The notes: generated by a model from the letters alone, not told the origin. A DNA stretch of 24,000 bases from Draconibacterium halophilum (GCF_010448835.1 NZ_CP048409.1:2332037-2356036); one strand, 5' to 3'. Shown: positions 7,703 through 16,877, counted from the stretch's first letter. Translations and numbers: made by a program.

Positions 7703-9005
7703 TTTGCAGATATTTTGATTGTAATAGTTTAATTTGGCGGCTCAACAACCAGATAACCACAAAAGTTAATATGGCATAAACCGCAGTAATCGTATAAAAA
7801 GTATACTGTATGCCGGGCATTGGAGTTAATGAATCTTTTGTTTTCATTATGCCATAAATAATCCATGGCTGACGGCCCACTTCGGTAACGATCCAGCCGG
7901 CCTCGACAGCAATAAAACCCAGTGGCGTGGCTATGGCCAGCATACGCAGCCACCATTTTTGTTCAAACCAGTGTTTCCATTTGTAGGTTCCGGCAAAAAA
8001 CAGGGCGGCTATCAGCATTAAAAACATTCCGATTCCAACCATCAATTGAAAAGAATAATGGGTAATGGGAATAGGTGGCCATTCTTCTTCCGGAAACTCT
8101 TCCAGGCCCTTTACTTCGGCATTAAAATCGCCATGCGCCAGAAAACTCAGAAATCCGGGCAGTTTGATCGCGTATTTTACTTCGCGGTTTTCCACATCAG
8201 GAATTCCACCAATAATAAGCGGAGCTTTTTCCTGCGTTTCGAAATGCGACTCGAAAGCAGCCAGTTTTGCCGGTTGCAGTTCGGCTACGTTCTTAGCAGC
8301 CAGATCGCCACTTAAAGGTTGCAAAATAGCTGCCACCGATGCAAAAGCCAGGGCAATGGTAATGGCTTTAGCGTGAATCTCCAGTTTGTTTTTCATGTAT
8401 AAAACAGCATGCACTCCGGCCACCGCAAAACCAGTTGCCGAAAAGGCGGCTATAGTCATGTGATGAGCCTGCGAAAACCAGGCTTTGTTAAACATGGCTT
8501 TAACCGGATCGATGTTAATGGCTTGTCCATTCACCCAGTCGAAACCCGACGGAGCGTTCATCCATGCATTAGCTGAAACTACAAAAATTCCTGATAAAAC
8601 ACCGGAAATTCCAACTACCATTCCGGTGTAAAGATGTACCCATTTGTTTAGGCGTTTCCAGCCGTAAAGAAATAATCCCAGGGCAATGGCTTCTACAAAA
8701 AAAGCTGTTCCTTCCCACGAAAAAGGCATCCCGAAAATAGGTCCGGCATGCTCCATAAACGTGGGCCATAACATGCCCAGCTCAAACGATAATACAGTTC
8801 CTGAAACCGCTCCAACGGCAAAAAATATAGCTACACCTTTTGCCCATGCTTTTGCCAAATCAAGGTAAACCGGATTTTTTGTTCGCAGCCATTTCCACTC
8901 AGCAACAAACATAAACCAGGGCATTACCATTCCTATGCAGGCAAATACGATATGAAATCCTAACGAAACGGCCATTTGCATTCTGGCAGCCATAAATTCA
9001 TCCAT
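7695..9005 (-). CDS. cydA: Cytochrome bd-type quinol oxidase subunit I (short Q-loop form)
   Basis: N-terminus MAARMQMAVSLGFHIVF and the subunit-I hallmark EVGRQPWIIYG near the C-terminus. At 436 aa it is much shorter than the 522-aa E. coli CydA, consistent with the short Q-loop class. No cydX-like small ORF is present in 6589-6697. Confidence 0.9.
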   Translation of the reverse strand: MDEFMAARMQMAVSLGFHIVFACIGMVMPWFMFVAEWKWLRTKNPVYLDLAKAWAKGVAIFFAVGAVSGTVLSFELGMLWPTFMEHAGPIFGMPFSWEGTAFFVEAIALGLFLYGWKRLNKWVHLYTGMVVGISGVLSGIFVVSANAWMNAPSGFDWVNGQAINIDPVKAMFNKAWFSQAHHMTIAAFSATGFAVAGVHAVLYMKNKLEIHAKAITIALAFASVAAILQPLSGDLAAKNVAELQPAKLAAFESHFETQEKAPLIIGGIPDVENREVKYAIKLPGFLSFLAHGDFNAEVKGLEEFPEEEWPPIPITHYSFQLMVGIGMFLMLIAALFFAGTYKWKHWFEQKWWLRMLAIATPLGFIAVEAGWIVTEVGRQPWIIYGIMKTKDSLTPMPGIQYTFYTITAVYAILTFVVIWLLSRQIKLLQSKYLQNG

Positions 9006-9252
9006 GTTTTATCCAGTTTTTCTGTTTTTATTGTATGCCATCCTTAACAACAATTACCTTTTGTAGTTCGAGGTTTTTTTTAGATTTCTGCATTCTATAT
9101 AAGTATTCTGCCTCAAAATATTGATTGATTGTGATATAGAATAAAGTTCTGTCACAATTGTTATGCTAATTTAGAAAATAAAATCGACCGATAATAAAGA
9201 TATTCGGTGTTTTTAATAAACTAAAGTTTAAAAAGTGCAGTATCAAAAGGAA

Positions 9253-9747
9253 TTATTTAAACATCCGCGGAACCAGATGGAATTTCAGTTTGCCACTTCG
9301 TGCTTCTACTTGTTCCCAATTATCAACATCGAAATTTATTCCAACGGTTGATGTGGTGGGCATGTCGCTGAAAAATTCATCGAGTAAATTGCAGACATAG
9401 TAGTAAAATCCCGGATTATGACCAAAAAAGAATACGGTGTTGGAACTGGGAGGTAATTTGTGTATCAACTCCAAAAACTCGTGGGTGCTTAATCCATCGT
9501 AAATATCTTCAACAGTAATAATGTCTTGTCGTTTGAAATCAAGATTTTCGGCAAAGATCATGGCTGTTTTATATGCACGCTTGGCAGGACTTGAAATAAT
9601 TGTATCTGGAATTACCCCTTGTTTTTTAAGATCCTTGCTTACCAGTTTTGCGTCGTTTTTACCACGTTCACGCAGGTCGCGTGTAAAATCATCTTCGTAC
9701 CCGTAAGGTACAGCTTTGCCATGTCGTACGATTACTACTTGTTTCAT
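9253..9747 (-). CDS. Histidine phosphatase superfamily protein (SixA-like)
   Basis: N-terminal catalytic RHG motif (VIVRHGKA) and a second His block (FFFGHNPG). Its 164-aa size is typical of SixA-type phosphohistidine phosphatases. Confidence 0.7.
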   Translation of the reverse strand: MKQVVIVRHGKAVPYGYEDDFTRDLRERGKNDAKLVSKDLKKQGVIPDTIISSPAKRAYKTAMIFAENLDFKRQDIITVEDIYDGLSTHEFLELIHKLPPSSNTVFFFGHNPGFYYYVCNLLDEFFSDMPTTSTVGINFDVDNWEQVEARSGKLKFHLVPRMFK

Positions 9748-9804
9748 CTGTATAGATTAAAGGCCGTTACCGTAATCAAACGGCAGCGGTCTGGTTCGTT
9801 TTTT

Positions 9805-10083
9805 TTATACCAGTTCGTAAACGTCAATACTAACTTCTCCCAATTCTCCAATTTTAGGAACGGTACTGGTAAAATGGGGTGTATTGTTGTGGTAGCTAAT
9901 TGCTGCCTGATCTTTCCATTTCTCTATCAGGCAAAAGGTTAATGGATCGTCTACCTTTTTATGCAAAACATACTCAATATTTCCTTCCTCTGCACGCGAT
10001 GCTTCTACCAATCCATCAATAAGTTTCATAAATGTTGATACCTGTGTTTTATCCACTATAAATTTAGCTACTATGGTAATCAT
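9805..10083 (-). CDS. ABM (antibiotic biosynthesis monooxygenase) domain protein, YgiN-like
   Basis: 92-aa ferredoxin-like-fold pattern: IVAKFIV ... EEGNIEYVLHKKVDDPLTFCLIEKWKDQAAISYHNNTPHF. This is typical of ABM-domain proteins. Confidence 0.7.
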   Translation of the reverse strand: MITIVAKFIVDKTQVSTFMKLIDGLVEASRAEEGNIEYVLHKKVDDPLTFCLIEKWKDQAAISYHNNTPHFTSTVPKIGELGEVSIDVYELV

Positions 10084-10224
10084 AATTTCAGTTTTAGTTT
10101 GATGTTATAATATTTAATCTTCTATGCCAAAACGGAATTAAAAAAGAAAATTCTGCTTTTGAATAAGCTGTAGAAGTTGTCTTTAACAAATTTAACTTAA
10201 TTTGTAGCAATAAGACAAATTTTA

Positions 10225-10737
10225 ATGAAACGAATTGGACTGTTATCGGACACACATGGATTTATTCATGAACGAGTTTATACCTTTTTCGACAAGGTGG
10301 ATGAAATATGGCATGCCGGCGATTTTGGAAATATTGAAACTGCTGACCAATTGGCTGCTTTTAAACCTTTGCGTGGTGTGTACGGAAATATCGACGGGCA
10401 GGATGTGCGTATAGTACATCCAATGCACCAACGGTTTAAATGCGAGGAGGTGGATGTTTGGATGACACACATTGGTGGTTATCCGGGACGTTATGAACGC
10501 TATGTAAAACCTGATATTTATAACAACTCCCCCGATTTGTTTATCAGTGGGCATTCGCATATTCTAAAAGTGATTTTCGATAAAAAGCTTAATTTTTTGC
10601 ACATCAATCCAGGTGCTGCCGGTTACAAGGGCTTTCATAAAGTTTGCACTGCCTTGCGTTTTGTTATTGATGGGAAAGTGATTCGCGATCTTGAAATCTG
10701 GGAGCTTCCACGCCATGAAGCTGTTCCGAAAGTTTAA
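10225..10737 (+). CDS. YfcE/MJ0936-family metallophosphoesterase
   Basis: Calcineurin-like phosphoesterase motifs in order: LSDTHG, HAGDFGN, GNID, GHSH. 170 aa. Confidence 0.8.
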   Translation: MKRIGLLSDTHGFIHERVYTFFDKVDEIWHAGDFGNIETADQLAAFKPLRGVYGNIDGQDVRIVHPMHQRFKCEEVDVWMTHIGGYPGRYERYVKPDIYNNSPDLFISGHSHILKVIFDKKLNFLHINPGAAGYKGFHKVCTALRFVIDGKVIRDLEIWELPRHEAVPKV

Positions 10738-10748
10738 TTTGGTGCAGA

Positions 10749-11423
10749 TTATTTTAGTTTTGGCAGCTCAAATAACTCCGTCCAAAGCCGGTTAAATTCT
10801 TCATTGTACTGTTTAACAATCTCAAATTTTGTAGTAGCTACCAGGTTTTCCTGGTTGTGTTTGGTGGCAGTATAGGTCCAGTTAAAACTGCCGGTTATAG
10901 CAATCTGCTTATCGATAATACCAAATTTATTGTGCATGTGATAATGCGAATGATCGGTTTTTACAGGAATACCAGCCAGTGCCAATATTAAAATCTCTGA
11001 GCCGTAATCTGCAATTTTTTCATCGTCGGTAATGATGCGTACTTTCACTCCACGATTATGGCAGGAAATTATTCTTTTTGCGAGTTCGTTATCGGTAATA
11101 GTAAATATGCATAAGTCGACTGTTTCTGTTGCGTGATCGAGCAACTGTTTAATTTCGTTTTTAATCTGGTGGCCCGGACTGAAAAATACGTGGTTAAAGT
11201 GAAAGGCATGCTGGTTAATGAGTGTAATACAAGTTTCCAGCCAGGAAATAACATGCTTATGCCCGGATGCTTCCAACTGTTTTCCCTTTTTAATCAGCAG
11301 GCTTTTTAATGCTTCTCTGTCGCGCCGGTTAAGTTTTTTTAGTCGGCCGGTAATGGAGCCGGGCACCTCTTTTTCATTCAGCGAATCGCAACGCTTAACG
11401 AAGTAATTAAAAAGGTCTTGCAT
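10749..11423 (-). CDS. Phospholipase D-superfamily protein with a single HKD motif (Nuc/Zucchini-like)
   Basis: One complete HxKxxxxD(x6)GSxN motif: HMHNKFGIIDKQIAITGSFNWT, encoded at 10881-10934. The preceding core FFSPG ... VDLCIFTITDNELAKRIISCHNRGVKVRIITDD resembles Nuc/MitoPLD-type single-domain PLDs. No signal peptide. Confidence 0.8.
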   Translation of the reverse strand: MQDLFNYFVKRCDSLNEKEVPGSITGRLKKLNRRDREALKSLLIKKGKQLEASGHKHVISWLETCITLINQHAFHFNHVFFSPGHQIKNEIKQLLDHATETVDLCIFTITDNELAKRIISCHNRGVKVRIITDDEKIADYGSEILILALAGIPVKTDHSHYHMHNKFGIIDKQIAITGSFNWTYTATKHNQENLVATTKFEIVKQYNEEFNRLWTELFELPKLK

Positions 11424-11574
11424 GGTTTTTAAAGTTAAGGTAATAGTTTAAGGTAAAAGTACAAAGTTAACTGTTGCAATATTCAATCTCATTCAATCAT
11501 AATTAGGAGCTACAAGTCATATTCCTTCCTTTGCCATTATTTCAAAATCTCACCGTCTCAGCGCTCAATTTTTA

Positions 11575-12417
11575 TCAATCCGGTTTCACAAATGTATGTG
11601 CCACCCAATTATTCTTCTCCATAAATCCGGCATTGGTCAGTCCCAGCTCTTCGGCTTTTACAACTATATCCTGAATGTCCTCGGTGTAAAACCCACTCAT
11701 TATCAGTGTCCCTCGTTTTTTTAATACTGAATAATAAGTTGGCATGTCGTTCAGCAAAACATTTTTATGAATGTTGGCAAAAATCAGGTCGTATTTTTCT
11801 TCTCCGAGCAGGCTGGCATCACCCAGTTTTGCATTAATATTTGTGATCTTATTCAGCGCTGCATTTTCTTGTGTCCCCTCGTACGACCACTTGTCAATGT
11901 CGATGGCAGTAATTTGTTCGGCACCTTTCATCGATGCAAGAATACTGAGAATTCCTGTTCCGCAGCCCATATCGAGGATTGTTTTTCCTTTGAGATCATT
12001 TTGTAAAATCGACTCAATTATGGTGGCGGTTGTTTCATGGTTACCCGTGCCAAAGGCCATGTTTGGCTCAATAATAATTTCGTATTTTGTCTCGGGGTAT
12101 TCAGTGTGAAACGGAGCTCTGATCAAACATTCGCCACCGATTACCAGCGGTTTGAAATAGTTTTTTTCCCATTCTTTATTCCAGTTTTGGTCAGCAATGA
12201 ATTCCGATTCTACTACGAAAGAAAAATTATCTGAAAAAGTTTCAAGAACGGTGCTTAAGCTTTCTTCTGAATAGCTGTCCGAGGGAATAAAAGCTTCAAA
12301 TCCGGTTTGAGTTTCAATAAAACTATCAAAACCAACTTCCGCTAGTTGAGCATTTAAAACGTCGCGTAACCACTCCTGGAAAGGAGTAATTTGTATGCTT
12401 ATTTTTAGGTAATCCAT
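11575..12417 (-). CDS. prmA: Ribosomal protein L11 methyltransferase PrmA
   Basis: PrmA N-domain (ISIQITPFQEW ... GFEAFI), SAM-binding motif ILDMGCGTGILSI and the FANI motif (DLIFANIHKNVL). Start set at the ATG at 12417 (MDYLKISI); the 20 upstream codons look like a spurious extension. Confidence 0.85.
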   Translation of the reverse strand: MDYLKISIQITPFQEWLRDVLNAQLAEVGFDSFIETQTGFEAFIPSDSYSEESLSTVLETFSDNFSFVVESEFIADQNWNKEWEKNYFKPLVIGGECLIRAPFHTEYPETKYEIIIEPNMAFGTGNHETTATIIESILQNDLKGKTILDMGCGTGILSILASMKGAEQITAIDIDKWSYEGTQENAALNKITNINAKLGDASLLGEEKYDLIFANIHKNVLLNDMPTYYSVLKKRGTLIMSGFYTEDIQDIVVKAEELGLTNAGFMEKNNWVAHTFVKPD

Positions 12418-12488
12418 TGGTACGGTATTTCGCGCGAAGGTATAAAAAAACGGCCACGGGAGAGTTGCTGACTGCACAACTCATTTTT

Positions 12489-13724
12489 TTAATCAATAAA
12501 TTTATTTGGAAATACGTTTACGGCGATAAAACCAAAAATTCCGCATATCCCAATTAGAAGTAAATCAATAAGCTGGGTTTTTATTTTTTTCTTTCGTTTT
12601 CTGATAATCAGGAATTGAGTAATGATGAGTAAAAAGCAAATTATTAGCCAACTAAAAGATTTATTTGTGCTGACAAAGAAATTTATATAACCTGAGTTGC
12701 TGTCGGTCATTTTAAGTTGAGCAGGGAAAAGCAATTGTGCAATTTGACCCTCGGTTCGCTCAGTTTTTGTTTGCCAGGTTTCTGAATATTCGTCAACTTT
12801 TTTATAGTCTCTGTTCAGTACCTGAGTTCTGATAAAACCGTCGCCAATGGTTGTTACATTAAAATTAAAATAATCGCCGTAAATTCTGACTTCATATTTA
12901 TCCGGATTAATATTATCTGCATCAAATCTCTCCAGCAGATAATCGTATTGTGTTAGCACAAACAACTGGTTATTTTCGGTAAATAGATAAGCATAATAGA
13001 GCTTGTCGCTAAAATCGACACTCTGGATGGTTTTTAATTTCATCCCTTCCGGTAGTTCAACTTGGCGAACAAAAGGTAAACCCTTTTGCATTTTAATATG
13101 GAAAAGCTGGTCGGCTGAATCGATAACAAAATAACCTTCGTCGCACGATTTACGAGTGGTTGGAATTCCGTTTATTGATTTTGCCGGAAACTGAAAACCA
13201 CGTTTATAAAGTACTGCCGAGAACATCCGGCTTTTTTCCTCATGTATTTTATTTGTTTTGGCATCAATAAACTCCATGCGCCAGGTAATGCGAAAAAAAT
13301 CGTCGGGCATATTGAGGTTTGCACGGCCCGATTGCGATTCAAACAAAGGAAATAGTTTGGGTTTTGGGGCATGAATTTCTTCCGGTTTTACCCTGAATGA
13401 AGACCGAAAAGTGCTGGCATGTTGAATATTGATTTTTAGGCCATTTACGGAATCAGGCATTGATCCATTCATAACCAGCTGTTGCGTATACATTAGTGGT
13501 AATTTCTTTTCATACACGTCACGTGACAATACTTTTCCCTCCGAGTTTGACCATTTTGATTCTTCGCCCGAACGAAAGATCATAAAATCATGATCAATGC
13601 AGCTATATTGAATAAACGGGGGTCTGACGGGTTTTTCAAATGCCATCCAATACAGTTTTGGCAGCACAATTGACAAACCTACAATGGCTAAAAAAACTAA
13701 AATATATCTGCTGATTTTTACCAT
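12489..13724 (-). CDS. Bitopic membrane protein with a large periplasmic domain (resembles DUF4857); last gene of the envelope cluster
   Basis: Start set at the ATG at 13724 (MVKISRYILVFLAIVGLSIVLP), 1 nt after the stop of the upstream permease gene. It has one N-terminal TM helix, a soluble region of about 330 aa, and two C-terminal TM helices (WLIICFLLIITQFLII and LIDLLLIGICGIFGFIAV). Size and topology match my recollection of DUF4857; this has not been verified by HMM. Confidence 0.6.
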   Translation of the reverse strand: MVKISRYILVFLAIVGLSIVLPKLYWMAFEKPVRPPFIQYSCIDHDFMIFRSGEESKWSNSEGKVLSRDVYEKKLPLMYTQQLVMNGSMPDSVNGLKINIQHASTFRSSFRVKPEEIHAPKPKLFPLFESQSGRANLNMPDDFFRITWRMEFIDAKTNKIHEEKSRMFSAVLYKRGFQFPAKSINGIPTTRKSCDEGYFVIDSADQLFHIKMQKGLPFVRQVELPEGMKLKTIQSVDFSDKLYYAYLFTENNQLFVLTQYDYLLERFDADNINPDKYEVRIYGDYFNFNVTTIGDGFIRTQVLNRDYKKVDEYSETWQTKTERTEGQIAQLLFPAQLKMTDSNSGYINFFVSTNKSFSWLIICFLLIITQFLIIRKRKKKIKTQLIDLLLIGICGIFGFIAVNVFPNKFID

Positions 13725-13725
13725 A

Positions 13726-14400
13726 TTACATTTCTCCTTTTCTGAACCGGTATCCCGAAAACAACAATACAAATGATAAAAGAACAGCGAAGACAATTAA
13801 CAGCGGCAGGGCGGGGTAATAAGCTCCTGTTGTGGCGGTTTGAAGATAAATGGGGACGAAAGTTGCAGCCACTAACAGGTATAGAAAACGATATTTCCAT
13901 ACCGGCTCCAAAACGATTAAAGCGGTGAAAAAATAAACTACAAATCCACACAAAAACCAGGGCGCCACAGAAATTAACGAAGCTTGAATGATCTCAGCAG
14001 GAAAATAAGCCAAACTCAGTGCGGCAAACAGCAGAACGATAACTGTACCAATCGCGAACAGGCAAAATGCACCGAACAGGATCATAATCAGCAGCACTTT
14101 GTTTTCATTAACAGGTAAATGAAATGTGAGCTTAATTCGTTTGTTAACGGTCTCCGGAAAATATTGGGCTAAGGCAATTGCCAGCCCTCCGGCAACAGGT
14201 ACAAATTTGAACAAACTGTAGGCAAAGAATTGATGCCCTTGGAAAAGGATGCTATACCAATAGTTTGCTGTTTCGTTAAACACAAAATCGTGCTGAACTT
14301 TTAGAAATATATTTCCAACGACTAAAACGCCGAGTGCTGCATAAATAGTTGTAACCCATCTGATTTTTAGCCATTCTTTATATATAATCGATTTCCACAT
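13726..14400 (-). CDS. ABC-2-type transporter permease (six predicted TM helices)
   Basis: 224-aa hydrophobic protein. It starts with an ABC-2-like KEWLKIRW block and contains AQYFPETVNKRIKLTFHLPVNE. That block resembles the E-x-x-x-G-T-hydrophobic-L-L-x-x-P motif of ABC-2/GldF-type permeases. It begins 4 nt after the ABC ATPase stop. Confidence 0.6.
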   Translation of the reverse strand: MWKSIIYKEWLKIRWVTTIYAALGVLVVGNIFLKVQHDFVFNETANYWYSILFQGHQFFAYSLFKFVPVAGGLAIALAQYFPETVNKRIKLTFHLPVNENKVLLIMILFGAFCLFAIGTVIVLLFAALSLAYFPAEIIQASLISVAPWFLCGFVVYFFTALIVLEPVWKYRFLYLLVAATFVPIYLQTATTGAYYPALPLLIVFAVLLSFVLLFSGYRFRKGEM

Positions 14401-14404
14401 TTTG

Positions 14405-15289
14405 CTAATATTTTCCGGTTAATCCAATAAATGCATCTTCCAGTCCCATTTCAATTTTTTGAAAGTTTTTGTGCGCAATCCCATTGTTTTTCAAGAAGTT
14501 CAGAATCCTATCTTCCGATTCGTAAGTGTAGAGTTCAATTTTATTATTTACTTTCTCAATATTACTTACAAAGTCTTCTCCCGAAAGATCGATAGACGGA
14601 TTTTCAAGCTCCAGGTAAAACTGTTTAAATTCCTGCATAAACGAATTTACATTGCGTTGCGCCAACACTGTGTTAAAATCCATAATTAGCAGATCATCGA
14701 TCAGGCGTTCCATATCCTGGATAATATGTGAAGTGGTGAAAATGGTTTTGTTTTTAGCTTTGGCATATTCGCGTAAGTAATCGATAAACAAACGGCGGTA
14801 CCCGGGATCGAGGCCCATCGAAAAATCGTCGAGGATAAGCAAATCGGGATCTTGTGCCAAAATAAGCCCAAGCGCTACTTGCGAACGCTGCCCACACGAC
14901 ATGGTAGATATTTTTTGCTTTGGCGAAACCTGAAGTTTCGACATTAATTGCCAGTAGGGTTCGTTATCCCATTTAGGGTAGAATTTCGAGTAAAATTTCT
15001 CGATCTGATGGATGTTCATAAATGCATATTGAACGTGTCCTTCAATAAGAAAACCTATTCGGGCTTTGTTCTCCGGCGAAAGATGTTGTGTGTTCTCGCC
15101 ATAAATCAGGCATTCGCCACTTTGCGGCTGCAAAAATCCATTTAGGATATTAATAGTGGTTGTTTTTCCGGTGCCATTTTTCCCCAGCAGCCCCAATATA
15201 CTTCCACTCTGAACGTTAAAATTCAGGTTTTCGTAAACCAGCTTTTTGCCGTAATAGTGGGTTAGGTTTTTACATTCAATTGCGTTCAT
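14405..15289 (-). CDS. ABC transporter ATP-binding protein with divergent catalytic motifs
   Basis: Walker A GKNGTGKTT, signature-like MSCGQR, Walker B LLILDD, and an H-loop TTSHII. A C-terminal extension of about 80 aa resembles those of ABC-2/GldA-type ATPases. Confidence 0.9.
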   Translation of the reverse strand: MNAIECKNLTHYYGKKLVYENLNFNVQSGSILGLLGKNGTGKTTTINILNGFLQPQSGECLIYGENTQHLSPENKARIGFLIEGHVQYAFMNIHQIEKFYSKFYPKWDNEPYWQLMSKLQVSPKQKISTMSCGQRSQVALGLILAQDPDLLILDDFSMGLDPGYRRLFIDYLREYAKAKNKTIFTTSHIIQDMERLIDDLLIMDFNTVLAQRNVNSFMQEFKQFYLELENPSIDLSGEDFVSNIEKVNNKIELYTYESEDRILNFLKNNGIAHKNFQKIEMGLEDAFIGLTGKY

Positions 15290-15306
15290 CTTATTCTGAT
15301 TAGCAG

Positions 15307-16877
15307 TTACTGGAACATAAATCCAAGTTTTATAGTTAAAATTCCATTTTCTTCATTCGAATGCGATACTTGCTGATATTGGTATACAATTCGTAAAAAA
15401 AGTTCGTCAATATTTTCCGATTTTGACAATTTGTAACCCCAATTTACCTGGGTAGCAATATTGAAATAATCGGCTGTATCGATTTCAAAATCGCGGATAT
15501 AAAGTTGTTTGTTTTGTCGACGGGTAATTGTTTCGTCGTTTGAAAGATTAAGCTCCTGATCAAAAGTGTAACGATATTTCAGTCTAATCTCAGGGGCAAA
15601 ACGAAATTTCCCAAAGTAAAAGTTCTTTTCAAAATTTACTCCCAGTTCAATATTTGAATAGTTGGCATTAAAAATCTCAGGAATGTAATAATACTTTTCG
15701 GTGTTTAACTTTAAACGAGAGAATACCGAACTTTCCCAGTTTATTTGTTCGTAGTCGTAAAGTTTTAAATAGTTAAATCTCACGCAGGTGTTAAATCTCT
15801 TCTGATTAAGTTTTAGGTTTTTTGATAAGGTAATGTATTCAGTAGAATTATCATCATTTAAAATAGCATCTTGTATATATTCAATTCCGTCTGCATTAAA
15901 AAACGATGTGTTAAAGGTAATTTTTTGAATCGTATTATTGGTCTGTTTGGTAAGCTGTTGATTTAGTTCAACTTCAAAAGTTTTCCAATCGCCGGCATCT
16001 TCTTTTTTAATTGTATTTGATCCGTCCTCCGTTGTTTCCTTGCCGTATGTTCCTCTAATTTCTGTTAACGACCGAAATCCGAGTAATTTAGTGTCATACT
16101 GTGCTCCCGCTGATAAACTGTTATGATTGTAAAATCGCGATTTTGATTGTCCTGTTTCTGAAGTAAAAAATCCCATTCCTTTAAACATAAAATATGTAGG
16201 ATCAGGATCATCTAATACTACTTGTTTATAATCAATATCTTCTTTTCGATTTCGGTAAGCCAGATCTATACCAAGATTACTGTTTGAAATAGGTATAATA
16301 ATTGATGGACGCAGTGAAAAATCGGAAACGAGTGTGCGAGGGCGCGGATCTTTTTGTTTTGCACTTTTTCCAATGTGGTAATCAGCTATTAATCCAACCG
16401 AAAGTTTATTGCTAAGTTTTGTTGCAATACCCCCGAAAGCTGAAAACTTTCTTTGTGAATGTTAGCACCAGGAATCGAATCTCCGATAATATATGGATTT
16501 TCTCTGTAGGGATTAAAAAGCCCGGTATATAAATTCCCCGTTTCATCACTGTTTTGGTACGCAAATTTTCCATAATAATGAATTTTATTTACTACCAGGT
16601 AACTTTCGGAATAAAGTGAGTAGTTTTCCAAATGTGTCGCCTCCCGCACCTTTCGGAAATCTCCATCTGACAATTTATATTCCCCGAAAACTTCACCAAT
16701 GTTTTCGTTGGAGTTAAAAGTTAAGCCAGCCAAATTTCCACTGTTAAGCCAATGGTTTTTTAGTTTGAAAAGTTTTAATGAATTGAATGTACTATCCTTT
16801 GGTGTGTTATTTGCCAAAATCCTTTCTGTAGTAAAAAAGGATAAAGTCAGAATAAAAACAATCTTAAGTTTAGTCAT
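15307..16877 (-). pseudogene. Predicted outer-membrane beta-barrel protein (resembles DUF6850), interrupted by a frameshift near 16430-16434
   Basis: The N-terminal ORF runs 16877 down to 16389 (MTKLKIVFILTLSFFTTERILA signal peptide; the track start at 16904 is a GTG). The C-terminal frame is open from 16461 down to the stop at 15307. I translated 16189-16461 by hand: HSQRKFSAFGGIATKLSNKLSVGLIADYHIGKSAKQKDPRPRTLVSDFSLRPSIIIPISNSNLGIDLAYRNRKEDIDYKQVVLDDPDPTYF, running into MFKGMGFF. Adding one nt to the C5 run at 16430-16434 joins them as ...KESFQLSGGIATKLSNK... into a protein of about 523 aa. That protein has alternating beta-strand patterns and ends KLGFMFQ. Confidence 0.65.

Noticed and set aside
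9061-9080. tRNA T-arm-like GTTCGAGG in the cydA upstream region.
   Set aside because: There is no complementary T-stem, acceptor stem or anticodon arm around it. A run of T follows immediately.
9763-9786. Short hairpin GCCGTT(n10)AACGGC between the ABM-domain gene and the SixA-like gene.
   Set aside because: It has only 6 bp with competing alternative pairings. The T-run is not adjacent on the relevant minus strand, so it is too weak to call a terminator.
10197-10204. Bacteroidota -7-box-like TTAATTTG, 21 nt upstream of the phosphoesterase ATG. The same octamer occurs on the minus strand at 21287-21294, and GATTTTTG on the minus strand at 22727-22734 upstream of tpiA.
   Set aside because: Each deviates from TAnnTTTG at one or two positions, and such AT-rich octamers are common here. 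This is not enough to call promoters without transcription start-site data.
11435-11456. Direct repeat TTAAGGTAA at 11435-11443 and 11448-11456, just upstream of the PLD-like gene start.
   Set aside because: A perfect 9-mer repeat at short spacing is expected by chance a few times in 24 kb of AT-rich DNA, by my rough estimate. There is no dyad symmetry or third copy.
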